A stretch of DNA of 51,747 nucleotides from Bacilli bacterium. Lineage in GTDB: Bacteria > Bacillota_I > Bacilli_A > RFN20 > CAG-826. The notes under the pieces are model-generated. The model worked only from the letters and a program-made list of their open reading frames with translations, had not been told where the DNA came from and made no database searches. Below are positions 32,801 to 41,779 of this stretch, one piece after another. The translations under genes were made by a program, and so were the position numbers. Positions within the stretch are counted from its first letter, which is position 1, and every line of letters starts with the position of its first letter. The DNA lies in the NCBI GenBank assembly GCA_024687185.1, contig JAILEX010000080.1:1-51747 (forward strand). Reading direction: 5' to 3'.

Positions 32801-34904
32801 CGAGGGTATCGATTACGGGGTTGGTAAGAGGGGGATAGCCGTTTCTTTCTAAGGCGGCGTTGATAAAGCCCATATCGAAGGTCGCGTTATGGGCGACGAG
32901 GATGCAGCCTTCGAACAGTTCGAGGATCTTGGGCAACACTTCGGCTTCTAGGGGTTTGCCTACCAACATGTCGTCGGTGATGTGGTTGACTAGGCTTGAA
33001 CCTTCGCTCATCTTCATCTTCGGGTCGATATAGGTTTGCCATTGCTTTAAGACGATACCGTTTTGGACGACGAGGCCGCCGAATTCGACGAGGCGGTCAA
33101 AGCGAGGGACTAGGCCCGTGGTTTCGGTATCGAAGACGCAGTATTTCGCTCCCTTTAGGGGGGTGGTCGAAGGATTGGAGATATACTTTTGGGCAAGATC
33201 GACCAAATAGGCCTCAAAGCCATAAATCGGTTTTAGACCCGCTTTGTCGCAGGCCGTCTGGCAATCTGGCAACGATTGCAAAGAGCCGTGGTCGGTTACG
33301 GCGATGGCGGTCATGCCCATGTTTTTGGCGACTTTGACATAGTCCGCCATATCGCAAACGCCATCCATCGTGGACATTTTGGTATGGAGGTGCAATTCGA
33401 CGCGCTTTTCTTCTTCCGGGTCATCGCGCAAGGCCTTGGGGGGTAAGGGATTTAGGTAGTGGCAGGCGATAATCTTTTGCCCGGAATAGCGGTCCTCGTC
33501 TAGGCCGCCGCGGATTCTAACTCTTGTGTTGGGGGCCAATGAGGCAACTTTGTTCGCCTTAAGCTGTGCGGTTTCGAAAACGGTGACCGAGATGGCGTTG
33601 GTGTCATCATAGACGGCGATGCGGTTCATCTGGGAACCCCTCTTGGTAAGACGGGGGTCGACGGAGAAAATCGTTCCCACAAAGTCGACGTTGTGATTGC
33701 CTTGCATGGCATAGATGGCGTCGATCGAGTCGGCGACCTCATAATCGCCGCGGCGGAATACCGCCTTCCTCTTTTGGGCTTCTTCCCATTCCTTGAGATT
33801 GGCTTCCATTTCCTGGAGCAAGTACTCCTCGCTGTTTTTCAAAGAGTTCTTCGTCTCCTTTGCAATCAGTTCGTCTGCGCTGACTTCTTCCTCCTCTGGT
33901 TCATAATCGGAGTCGTCGTCCATGGGAACAAGTTCGTCTTCCTCTTTGCTAGAAGGTTGGTTTTGGATGGGGTTTTGCGGATTTTCTTCCAAAATTGCAG
34001 GGTTTTCGCTTTCAACAGGCTCATTATTTTGAACAGGTTCTTCAACGGGTTCTTCTTTGGAAGGTTCTTCGAAAAGATCGCCTACAGGTTCTAAAACCAA
34101 CTCGCTAGAAGCTTCTTCCTTAGGCTCTTCCGCTTCTTCGACTTCTTCTTTTGGCGCTTCGAAAAGAGCTTCTTGAAGTTCCTCTTGAGGTTCTTCTTGT
34201 TCGGGCTTACTTTCCTTGGTGGACTCTTCGCTTTGTTCTTCGCTAGGCTCCTCGGGGACTTCTTCTATGGGACTATCCATAGCAACGGGCGCTTCTTCGA
34301 CGGGTTCGGTTATATCTTGGTTAACCACTTCCTCTTCGTTAGCCGCCACTTCCTTTGGCTCGGGCTCTATTTCAGAAGAAAGGTCTTCCATCTCAAAGGA
34401 ATACTGTTTTTCCCTGCCAAGCCTTACATCGGCATATTTAAGCGACTCCACCATGACGGGATCGATAACCTGCTCGACCAGCATCGAATAGTTGATGGTC
34501 TTAAGCAGTTCCTTGAATTCCTTGATTCGCATCACGTTGGCGGATTGCTCATCGTTAGATTTATAGACGATCCTTAACTTAGAGGGATCGGAATAGTCGG
34601 TTTGGAAACGAATGGGGGCGAAAAAGTTCTTGGAATACCAATTGTCTAGTAAATCATAGACGTCTTTGGAGGTAAGTTCGCAATTAGGATAGAAGAAACG
34701 GATGGAATACTCGTATTTGATATTCCTTAGGGCGAGGATGAATTCGTTGAGGAGGTCATATGACCAAAGGGATTCCTTCTCGATGGACATATTGACTTTG
34801 TTGACGACGTATTCGTCTTTGGCGACGAGAGTAAAGTCCATATCGAAGTTTTCGGGATCTTCGATGCCGATGGAGAGCAAAAATGCCTTCATTTTGTAGT
34901 TCAT
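29889..34904 (-). CDS. polC: DNA polymerase III PolC-type alpha subunit (with about 175-aa acidic insertion)
   Basis: The PHP motif is HLHTKMSTMDG and the 3'-5' exonuclease motif is YCVFDTETTGL...HNATFDMGF. The Zn module is CPKCHYFEW...CPCCG, and the polymerase core includes GSRGSVGSS. At 1671 aa it exceeds the roughly 1440 aa typical of PolC. Confidence 0.95.
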   Translation of the reverse strand: MNYKMKAFLLSIGIEDPENFDMDFTLVAKDEYVVNKVNMSIEKESLWSYDLLNEFILALRNIKYEYSIRFFYPNCELTSKDVYDLLDNWYSKNFFAPIRFQTDYSDPSKLRIVYKSNDEQSANVMRIKEFKELLKTINYSMLVEQVIDPVMVESLKYADVRLGREKQYSFEMEDLSSEIEPEPKEVAANEEEVVNQDITEPVEEAPVAMDSPIEEVPEEPSEEQSEESTKESKPEQEEPQEELQEALFEAPKEEVEEAEEPKEEASSELVLEPVGDLFEEPSKEEPVEEPVQNNEPVESENPAILEENPQNPIQNQPSSKEEDELVPMDDDSDYEPEEEEVSADELIAKETKNSLKNSEEYLLQEMEANLKEWEEAQKRKAVFRRGDYEVADSIDAIYAMQGNHNVDFVGTIFSVDPRLTKRGSQMNRIAVYDDTNAISVTVFETAQLKANKVASLAPNTRVRIRGGLDEDRYSGQKIIACHYLNPLPPKALRDDPEEEKRVELHLHTKMSTMDGVCDMADYVKVAKNMGMTAIAVTDHGSLQSLPDCQTACDKAGLKPIYGFEAYLVDLAQKYISNPSTTPLKGAKYCVFDTETTGLVPRFDRLVEFGGLVVQNGIVLKQWQTYIDPKMKMSEGSSLVNHITDDMLVGKPLEAEVLPKILELFEGCILVAHNATFDMGFINAALERNGYPPLTNPVIDTLAISHYLFPEKAIHREEAMLKNLGVYTYSKEDAHEAIYDATKLNDGWQVILPILEERIPGIRHCDIDKLTIDPPNPELKESDPEKYQAQFRTFNSYVGHLREKHATVLVKNAEGLRSVNKIVSLGETDFLSGNPLLPRTPRYLLEKYRKDLLIGTACQNGEIFQMAQSESVETLAKAIEFYDFVEIQPLDCYSNLINMGEIRSEEQLKEILSSIIEAAKLAGKPVVATGDVHYCNPEDKIIRDIYITAKSIGNRNHPLWRPRRDNMPWFENPNQHFRSTREMLDAFIPWLGEEYAREIVIKNSNWVADQITTEPVPVSDETFTPNANLPNSEKILRDLCEKNFQDRYCGNPDPEVQKRIEEVHQRLLRELDGIIGNGYAVTYYIAHCLIKMAGEEPEHYIVGSRGSVGSSFAATMADITEVNALAPHYLCPKCHYFEWGDKKKYKSGFDLPDKTCPCCGEKLKADGQNIPFQTFLGFNAEKVPDIDLNFEDESQKKAHNYTKILLGADKVFRAGTIETVAEKTAFGFVKQFYRIKGVDENSVNPQWINYLASKVQGVKRTTGQHPGGIVVVPKEHDITDFTAYQHPADDINSEWLTTHYDYHAMHDELLKLDILGHVDPMAMRYYRDITGVPIESIPMNDPRVLSLFTSPNELKLRENFLGLKTGVSAIPEFGTHLAQQMLTVAQPKCFNDLLIISGLAHGTDVWSGNAEDLITSGTTDINGVIGCRDDIMTYLISQGIENGLAFKMMETIRKGKFSKSEEAFVPVMQAAHIPEWYIDSCRKIKYLFPRGHATAYVMMAVRVAWFKLYRPLEFYSVFFSIRSDAWDIKTMIEGENAIKTRYKELDARRMSRDNPLSNKESNILKTLQIALEMVERGFSFSPIDLYKSDGKMFIPDHEHNSLIPPFSVIDGLGVAAGNSIVEARKKGIHFYSKEDLLQNTKLSKTNVEGLIDIGGMEPLSDTNQMSLFEFLD

Positions 34905-34938
34905 GTAGGTTCCTCCTTTCGTAGTTCACTCGTTGCGG

Positions 34939-36375
34939 TTATAGGAATAGGGAAATGATGTCCTTCACCGTTACCGCGATGATCAAAACAAACAATAAGC
35001 CGATGCCGACGTAACTGATGATGCCCTTTACCTTGGGGTTCATCTTCCTACGGGCTATCGCCTCATAAACCAAGGTGACTAGTTGCCATCCATCCAATCC
35101 AGGGAAAGGCAACAGATTGAAAAAAGCCAGGTTAATGGAAAGCAAGCCGGCGAAATAGAAGATCCTGGCAGCGCCGCCACTGGAAGTCAGGCTAGGCAAA
35201 GCCGCGGTCATGCCGACGATGCCGGAGATATTCTGGAAGCCGCCGGGCTGGAACAGGGAGATGAAGCCCTTCACGATGGCGCCGCATGCGGTAGGCACGT
35301 CGCCCGCCCATTTTTGCCAAGCTTCATTCCAAGAGTTGAATTGGGAAATGACGGGAATGGTCATCTCATAACCGGAAGAGGCGACCCATGCACCGGATTT
35401 CGCTTCCAAGACGATGGTGACATCGACCCTTTTGTTTTTATAGAGGTCGATATAGGAGATCTCTTCGCTTGCTTCGTGCTTTCCATTTGGAACAAGCGGA
35501 ACAGTGAAGGTGACCTTGACGCCATCGGCGGCGTTTTTCACCAAATAATAGGGGGAGCCGGATTCGGTATTCAAATCCGCCCTGGTGGTAAAGCCGAGTT
35601 CATGTAGACCAGAATAGACGGCATCGCTTTCCTTAAGCTCGGTGGAATTATAGAAGAGGACGCTAGAGGCGAGATCGTGATTATCGATAAGGCTAGAAGG
35701 ATAATAGGTCGCGATGTATTTCATCGTCTCGTTGGTGGAAATCGTGGCCCCTTCCGAAACATAGATGAGCTGAGCCATCGCCTCTTCATCGGTCCATAAA
35801 CCAGGGAAGAAGAAAACGAATTCATCGGACTTATAGTCCTTAAGTCCAGGGTTGCTTGCGATTTGGGCATCGACCTGATCGATGATCTTTTGGCCTAGGC
35901 TATCAACGGGGGCAACGCAGCTTGCGACCGTTCCCTTGCCGTTTCCCACGCTTCCTGCGCCATAGGCGAAATAATATTGGGGGAAGGCGATATCGGAAAC
36001 GAAGATCAGGATAAGGCCAAGGATGAAGTTGACGGTAACCCCGGCCACCATAATGATGGCCTGTTGCCATTTTGGCTTATTGAGCAAAGAGCGGGATGGG
36101 TCGATGTGCTCCACTTCCTCTTCGGGGATGCTTCCCTCTTCGCCATACATCGCGACATATCCGCCAAAGGGAATGGCGCCGATGCAGAAATAGGTTTCGC
36201 CCGTCTTCCTCTTTTTCCTAAGGATCTTCGGGCCGAAACCGATGGAATATTCATAACAATAGACGTGGAACGCCTTGGCCATGCCAAGATGGCCGGCTTC
36301 ATGAAGGGAAATCAAAACGCCCAAGATGACGATGATTTCCAAAATGGATACAAGAATGGTTAAGAAGGTACTCAT
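34939..36375 (-). CDS. rseP: RIP metalloprotease RseP/RasP (site-2 protease, M50)
   Basis: HEAGH lies in TM1 and the C-terminal motif is NLLPFPGLDG. It occupies the conserved position after dxr. Confidence 0.85.
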   Translation of the reverse strand: MSTFLTILVSILEIIVILGVLISLHEAGHLGMAKAFHVYCYEYSIGFGPKILRKKRKTGETYFCIGAIPFGGYVAMYGEEGSIPEEEVEHIDPSRSLLNKPKWQQAIIMVAGVTVNFILGLILIFVSDIAFPQYYFAYGAGSVGNGKGTVASCVAPVDSLGQKIIDQVDAQIASNPGLKDYKSDEFVFFFPGLWTDEEAMAQLIYVSEGATISTNETMKYIATYYPSSLIDNHDLASSVLFYNSTELKESDAVYSGLHELGFTTRADLNTESGSPYYLVKNAADGVKVTFTVPLVPNGKHEASEEISYIDLYKNKRVDVTIVLEAKSGAWVASSGYEMTIPVISQFNSWNEAWQKWAGDVPTACGAIVKGFISLFQPGGFQNISGIVGMTAALPSLTSSGGAARIFYFAGLLSINLAFFNLLPFPGLDGWQLVTLVYEAIARRKMNPKVKGIISYVGIGLLFVLIIAVTVKDIISLFL

Positions 36376-37532
36376 GCGCTCCTCCTTTCTTCGACATATC
36401 GCCTCACATATTCCCTGGTTTGCTTATCGGTCATTATAAGGTCGTCCAGGTTCGGCGAAGGTGTGATGATTATATCATCCAGCGCTTTTCTTACGACATC
36501 TTCGATTGCCAGGAAAGGAATTTTCCCATCCAAGAAGGAATAGACGGCTTCCTCGTTTGCGGCGTTTAATACGGCAGTCGCGTTACCACCCATATTGAAT
36601 GCCTTCATCGCTAGTCCAGGGGCAGGATATCTTTCTGAATCGAATTTTCCAAAGTGATAAGGACCTAGGTCCTCTAATTTTTTGGCGGGATACAAGTTAA
36701 AATCGACACTAGTCTCATATAGGGCATAGGCGATTGGGCCATGCATATCGGGAACGGAGACATCCGCCAAATAAGTGCCGTCCTTCATTAGCAAAACGCT
36801 ATGGACATGGGATTCGCGGTGCATCAAAATCTCCGTCCTCTCAAGCGGAAAATCAAATAGCCATTTGGCTTCCAAAACCTCAAAGCCCTTGTTCATCATG
36901 GTCGCGGAATCGATGGTGATCTTTGCCCCCATAGACCATGTTGGATGGGCCAAAGCCATAGCGGGGGTCACTTCTTTTAGCTCTTCGCGCGACTTATCGC
37001 GGAAGCTGCCGCCGCTAGCGGTAATCAAAATCTTATCGACCTCATCCCTATTTACCCTAGAGAGAAGTTTGGCAATGGCGACGTGCTCGCTATCGATTGG
37101 GTAAAGCTTGCCTTTTCCTTCCTTTAGCAAAGAACGGATCAAGGCACCGCCTACGACAAGGGATTCCTTATTGGCAAGGCAAAGGACCTTATTGTGCCTA
37201 AGACTTTCCACGCTAGGCACCATGCCCGAAAAACCTACCAAGGCATTTACGACCATATCGGCGTCGCTAGCATCGATGATTCCCTTTAATCCCTCGTCCC
37301 CAAAATACCAATTAAGATGGGGGTATTTCGCCTTTAGGCTTAGGTAATCTTCTTCCCTTTGGACGCAGACGTCTTTTACGGAAGGAAAGGAAGAGAGGAT
37401 GTCGGGAACCCTTTCAATCCTTTTGCCAAGGCTAAAACCGACAAGGTCGAAATGGGCTTTGTCAGAAAGGAGTATATCCAAAGTCTGAGAGCCAATCGAA
37501 CCGCTGGCGCCTAGAAGCAAAACCTTTCTCAT
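36372..37532 (-). CDS. dxr: 1-deoxy-D-xylulose 5-phosphate reductoisomerase
   Basis: LLGASGSIGSQTLD, NKESLV, DSEH and HPTWSMG are present. The start at 37532 forms an ATGA overlap with the cdsA stop. The track ORF start at 37547 is probably too long. Confidence 0.92.
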   Translation of the reverse strand: MRKVLLLGASGSIGSQTLDILLSDKAHFDLVGFSLGKRIERVPDILSSFPSVKDVCVQREEDYLSLKAKYPHLNWYFGDEGLKGIIDASDADMVVNALVGFSGMVPSVESLRHNKVLCLANKESLVVGGALIRSLLKEGKGKLYPIDSEHVAIAKLLSRVNRDEVDKILITASGGSFRDKSREELKEVTPAMALAHPTWSMGAKITIDSATMMNKGFEVLEAKWLFDFPLERTEILMHRESHVHSVLLMKDGTYLADVSVPDMHGPIAYALYETSVDFNLYPAKKLEDLGPYHFGKFDSERYPAPGLAMKAFNMGGNATAVLNAANEEAVYSFLDGKIPFLAIEDVVRKALDDIIITPSPNLDDLIMTDKQTREYVRRYVEERRSA

Positions 37533-38584
37533 GCAAAGAAGTTCCAACCTCCCGAAACGAAGATCGCGATGATGGAAGTGAAAATGGCGACGAAAATGAC
37601 CGAATCGATACGGTCAAGCATACCGCCATGGGCGCCGAATATCTTTGAGAAGTCCTTGATTCCGAAATGGCGCTTGATGAAAGAGAAGGTCAAATCGCCT
37701 AAAGTTCCAACTAGGGGTATCGTGAAGCAAAGCAAGACGACCCACCACCACGCGGATCCCTCGCCGAAGATCTTCATGGTCGGCAATATTGGGAATCCAT
37801 TCGCATCGTTGATCATCGCGAAGGCAAGGCCGCTTAGACCGCCCAAAATCCATCCGCCGAAAAAGCCTTCCCAGGTCTTCTTGGGGGAGATGCGGGGGTT
37901 CATCTTGTGCTTGCCGAAGAACACGCCGGTGAAATAGGCCCAGGTGTCGGTCATGACGCAGGTGAACTGGGCGAAGAAAAAGAGAACCAAACTTCCCCAA
38001 TATTTAAAGGAAGGCAAAGACGTGTCATATCCCGCATCGGAGAAAATGGGGAAGGTGTAATAACGGGTGAACAATACGGATTGCATGCCTATGCCCACCA
38101 AAATGGACATAAGGAAAAGGAATGCGATGTCGGCAACGGAGAAATCCTCATGGGCGACGGCGCAGAAAAATAGCAGACCAAGCTCGGTGGCAATGGCGTA
38201 GATCGAAATAAATAGGCTTCTATAGTTGGATTCAAGGGAGAATACGAAGGTTTCCTTATTGGCCAAATAATCGGTGACGTTCCATTTGACGATGCCCCAA
38301 TAAATGAATGATATCGTCGTTAGGTACACGATAACCCAAACATACCACTTATATTTCTTCCTCGTGGCGTGGATGGATTCATAAATCGAAAGGATCGCGG
38401 CGGCAAGGATCAATCCGAAGAAGAAATACCCGCCCAAAACAAGGCATGGGATAACCACGGCCAATATCGCAAAGGCGACGAGCACGCGGTTGGCCAAACT
38501 GGCCTTCTTTTCGTTATCGAGTTTATTGACCTCGATTTCAAGGTGGTGTGGGTGTTTTTGCTCACTCATTCTTAAGACCTCCAA
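37529..38584 (-). CDS. cdsA: Phosphatidate cytidylyltransferase (CDP-diglyceride synthase)
   Basis: The C-terminal signature is SFIKRHFGIKDFSKIFGAHGGMLDRIDS. It is a multi-TM protein, longer than usual at the N-terminus. An alternative start is MSEQKH at 38569. Confidence 0.85.
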   Translation of the reverse strand: MEVLRMSEQKHPHHLEIEVNKLDNEKKASLANRVLVAFAILAVVIPCLVLGGYFFFGLILAAAILSIYESIHATRKKYKWYVWVIVYLTTISFIYWGIVKWNVTDYLANKETFVFSLESNYRSLFISIYAIATELGLLFFCAVAHEDFSVADIAFLFLMSILVGIGMQSVLFTRYYTFPIFSDAGYDTSLPSFKYWGSLVLFFFAQFTCVMTDTWAYFTGVFFGKHKMNPRISPKKTWEGFFGGWILGGLSGLAFAMINDANGFPILPTMKIFGEGSAWWWVVLLCFTIPLVGTLGDLTFSFIKRHFGIKDFSKIFGAHGGMLDRIDSVIFVAIFTSIIAIFVSGGWNFFA

Positions 38585-39299
38585 ACCTACGGGCGCGACC
38601 CTGGAATTCCTTTAGGCAATCAACAAAGGCCTTTTCCTTGAAATCAGGCCATTTCACGGGTGTGAACACAAATTCGGAATAGGCATTTTGAAACAAAAGG
38701 TAATTCGATAGCCTTTGCTCTCCGGATGTGCGAATCATCAAATCGATGTCGGGCAACCCCGCGGTATAAAGATGGGAAGAGATGGTTTCGGGGGTGATGT
38801 CGTTGATTTCGAGCTTACCCTCCTTCACTTCTTCCGCGATCATTCTGCAAGCCCTGGCAAGTTCGTCCCTTGAGCCATAGTTCAAGCAGATGTTGATATA
38901 CCAATTGGTGTTGTTCTTCGTTCTTTCAATGGCTTTGTAGCAGACCTCGCGCGTTTGTGGGCGGATACGGGAAAGGTCGCCCGAGACGATGAGCTTAGTG
39001 CCAACGGAATCAAGATAGTCGATTTGCTGTTCGAAGAATTCCTCGAGGTAATCCATTAAGTGATCGATCTCTTCCTGGGGCCTATTCCAGTTTTCGGTGG
39101 AAAAGGCATACCAGCTCATGACGTGGATATCATATTTCCTACAGACTTCGAAAATCTCGATGATCCTCTTGCAGGCCTCGTGATGGCCATAATGCCTAGC
39201 TAGGCCGCGGGCCTTTGCCCACCTGCCATTGCCGTCCATGATGAAGGCGACGTGGTGGAGGGGTTTCGTTAGTTTGAATTCTTCTTTTCGTTTTGCCAT
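38562..39299 (-). CDS. uppS: Isoprenyl transferase (undecaprenyl diphosphate synthase)
   Basis: HVAFIMDGNGRWAK and the FSTENWNRP, RTSGEQRLSN blocks are present. Confidence 0.93.
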   Translation of the reverse strand: MAKRKEEFKLTKPLHHVAFIMDGNGRWAKARGLARHYGHHEACKRIIEIFEVCRKYDIHVMSWYAFSTENWNRPQEEIDHLMDYLEEFFEQQIDYLDSVGTKLIVSGDLSRIRPQTREVCYKAIERTKNNTNWYINICLNYGSRDELARACRMIAEEVKEGKLEINDITPETISSHLYTAGLPDIDLMIRTSGEQRLSNYLLFQNAYSEFVFTPVKWPDFKEKAFVDCLKEFQGRARRFGGLKNE

Positions 39300-39444
39300 G
39301 GCTCCTATTATAAACTAAACCCCTTCACACGTGGGCGCGTTCGTGCAAAAAGTTTCTTTATACCGTTACGCTAGCTATTTTGTAGTGAAACTCTTTTTAA
39401 AAAGCCTGCAAAAATAACAAAAAAGACTGCAAAACCCGGATAAT

Positions 39445-39476
39445 CGCGAAAAGAAAGCCCCCGAATCATCGAGGGC
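39445..39476 (-). terminator. Possible terminator after frr
   Basis: An imperfect stem pairs GCCCCCGA (39457-39464) with TCGAGGGC (39469-39476), with one mismatch. On the minus strand it is followed by TTTCTTTTCG. Confidence 0.35.
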
Positions 39477-39502
39477 TAAATGAACGGAGGTAATGGATGA
39501 AC

Positions 39503-40051
39503 TTAGATGGAGAGGATATCGGTGGTCTTCTTGGCGACGGCTTCGTCGACCTTCTTCATCGCCCCGTCGACTTCCTTCTGAATTTCGTCTTGGACGCGTT
39601 CGCGAAGGTCATCGGAGTAGGAATCATCATCCTTTAGTAAGGATAGGCAATCACGCCTGACATTGCGGATCGCGACCTTGGCGTCTTCGCCAAGAGCCTT
39701 GGCCTTTTTGGCGGTATCCTTACGGACGTCTTCGCTCATCGGCGGGAAGATGAGACGGATGCAGTCGGCCTGAAGCTGAGGGGCGATTCCCAAGTTCGCT
39801 CCAGCAAGAGCGGAGTTGATGCTCTTGAGATCGTTGCGGTCATAGGGTTTGACCAAGAGCTGACGAGGCTCGGGAATGGAAATGGAGGAAAGGTCGGTGA
39901 TGTTCATCTTTTCTCCATAGTAGTCGCATTTGATGCCATTGAGGATGGCTGGGTTGGCCCTACCGGTACGGAGCTTAGAAAGGTTCTCTTCCAAGACCGA
40001 AATGCACTTTTCGGCTTTTTCCTTCACTTCGAGGGTATAAGCATCTAACAT
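39503..40051 (-). CDS. frr: Ribosome recycling factor
   Basis: The length and the blocks LRTGRANPAIL, ISIPEPRQLLVKPYD and IRNVRRD match Frr. Confidence 0.95.
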   Translation of the reverse strand: MLDAYTLEVKEKAEKCISVLEENLSKLRTGRANPAILNGIKCDYYGEKMNITDLSSISIPEPRQLLVKPYDRNDLKSINSALAGANLGIAPQLQADCIRLIFPPMSEDVRKDTAKKAKALGEDAKVAIRNVRRDCLSLLKDDDSYSDDLRERVQDEIQKEVDGAMKKVDEAVAKKTTDILSI

Positions 40052-40120
40052 GTTGTTTCTCTCCTTATATATCTATGTGGTTGCATTGATTATAGCGCAA
40101 TCTTAACGAGGGGGATTATC

Positions 40121-40846
40121 CTATTTCGCATCGACTACGGTCGTGCCGACGTCTTCGTCGGTGAGGACGCGGACGAAGTTTTCGGGGTCGTTCATGTTGA
40201 AGACCCTGACCTTCACCCCCTTACCCTGAAGCATAGCGGCTGCGGTAAGGTCCATGACGCCGAGCTTTTTCCCGATGAGCTCATCGAAGGTCATCGATTT
40301 ATATAGCTTAGCATCGGGGTTGACGCGAGGATCGCTATCATAGACGCCGTCGACTCCGTTTTTGCCCATCAAGATGGCGTCGCAGTTGGTTTCGACTGCC
40401 CTTAGCGATGCGCAGGTGTCGGTAGTGAAATAGGGGTTGCCAGTACCGCCGGCGAAGATCGTGACGATGCCTTCTTCCATATGCTTGACGGCTTTTCTGC
40501 GAAGATAGGGTTCGCAAACCTGAGGGACGTTGATGGCACTCATGACGCGGCAGGGAAGGCCGATTTCCTCAACCGCGCTTTGGACGGCTAGGGCATTCAT
40601 AATGGTGCCAAGCATTCCCATATAGTCCGCGGTCGAGGGCTCAATGCCGATTTTCTCGGCCAATTTGCCCCTCCAGATGTTGCCAGCACCGACGACGATG
40701 CCAACCTGGACTCCTAGGGAAAGAACGCTTTTGACGGCTGCGGCGACATGGACGAGCTTTTCATGGTCGAGGATCATGTGCTCCTTCTTATCGGCTAGAG
40801 CTTCGCCTGAAAGCTTGATGATAACTCTTTTATATATTGTGGCCAT
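40121..40846 (-). CDS. pyrH: UMP kinase
   Basis: YKRVIIKLSGEAL, VVGAGNIWRG, FAGGTGNPYFTTD and DGVYDSDP are present. Confidence 0.95.
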   Translation of the reverse strand: MATIYKRVIIKLSGEALADKKEHMILDHEKLVHVAAAVKSVLSLGVQVGIVVGAGNIWRGKLAEKIGIEPSTADYMGMLGTIMNALAVQSAVEEIGLPCRVMSAINVPQVCEPYLRRKAVKHMEEGIVTIFAGGTGNPYFTTDTCASLRAVETNCDAILMGKNGVDGVYDSDPRVNPDAKLYKSMTFDELIGKKLGVMDLTAAAMLQGKGVKVRVFNMNDPENFVRVLTDEDVGTTVVDAK

Positions 40847-40877
40847 AGGATTCTCCTTGCTTAGGATTATACAACAA

Positions 40878-40900
40878 GAGCCCCGGCGTTTGCGGGGCTC
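40878..40900 (-). terminator. Hairpin after tsf (weak terminator or attenuator)
   Basis: The stem pairs GAGCCCCG (40878-40885) with CGGGGCTC (40893-40900). On the minus strand it is followed only by TTGTTGT, and a TATAAT for pyrH follows immediately. Confidence 0.35.
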
Positions 40901-40921
40901 TTTTAGTTAAGGGATTAAGCC

Positions 40922-41776
40922 TTAGTCTTCGGTCTTTTCGCCAGAGAATTCACCGACGGTGTAACGGAGGAACTTAAGGACTTTGATGCCGGTCTCCTTC
41001 TCGAGTTCACTCATCTTCTTGCTGCCGCTTGGATCAAGGGCATAGACGGCGTGGTCGAGGCAGAGGTCGCCGATACGGGAGTCAACCTTGCGGGTGACGA
41101 TGTTTTCCTTAACGGCTTCGGGTTTACCAGCGAGCTTGGGATCGGTGGCAACTTCGTTGCGCGCAATCGCAAGTTCCCTTTCGCGGTCTTCCGCGGGAGC
41201 GGATTCGACGTTGAGATAACGGGGCGAGGCGGAGACGATGGTCATCGCGATGCCCTTGGCGAGGGTGGCGTCGGCTTCCTTGGAAAGAAGGACTAAGGAA
41301 GTGGAACGGCCATTGCCATGGCTATAGGTGCCAAAGCTTTCTTCGCCTTCGGCCTTAACGATTTCATAGCGGCGGAGGACAAAGTTTTCACGCATTGCGA
41401 CGGTCGCATCGGTGAATAGGGGTTGGGTGAGCTCCTTGGCTTCTTCAAGGGTCTTGGGCTCATTGGTGAAGATGCAATCCAAGACGGCATTGGCGAATTC
41501 GTGGAACTTGGGGGAACCGGAGACGAAGTCGGTCTCGCAGTTGATTTCGACGATGGCAGCTTTCTTTCCGCACTTCTGACAGATCTTGACTAAGGCAAGA
41601 CCTTCGGCGGCGACGCGGCCAGCCTTGGCGGCGGCTTTGGTGATGCCCTTCTCACGAAGGATATCAATCGCCTTTTCTTCGTTTCCGTCGGCTTCGATCA
41701 AGGCCTTTTTGCAGTCCATGATACCGGCGCCGGTACGTTCCTGAAGGGATTTGATTTGCTGAATGGTAACGGCCAT
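40922..41776 (-). CDS. tsf: Translation elongation factor Ts
   Basis: IKSLQERTGAGIMDCKKALIEADGNEEKAIDILREKG, the UBA-like N-terminus, is present. The gene sits in the conserved rpsB-tsf pair. Confidence 0.95.
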   Translation of the reverse strand: MAVTIQQIKSLQERTGAGIMDCKKALIEADGNEEKAIDILREKGITKAAAKAGRVAAEGLALVKICQKCGKKAAIVEINCETDFVSGSPKFHEFANAVLDCIFTNEPKTLEEAKELTQPLFTDATVAMRENFVLRRYEIVKAEGEESFGTYSHGNGRSTSLVLLSKEADATLAKGIAMTIVSASPRYLNVESAPAEDRERELAIARNEVATDPKLAGKPEAVKENIVTRKVDSRIGDLCLDHAVYALDPSGSKKMSELEKETGIKVLKFLRYTVGEFSGEKTED

Positions 41777-41779
41777 GGG

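Noticed and set aside
33693-34577. Two plus-strand ORFs (133 and 134 aa, F/L-rich) opposite polC
   Set aside because: They are the antisense image of the acidic GAA/GAG-rich PolC insert (TTC/CTC codons), which cannot contain stop codons. They are not independent genes.
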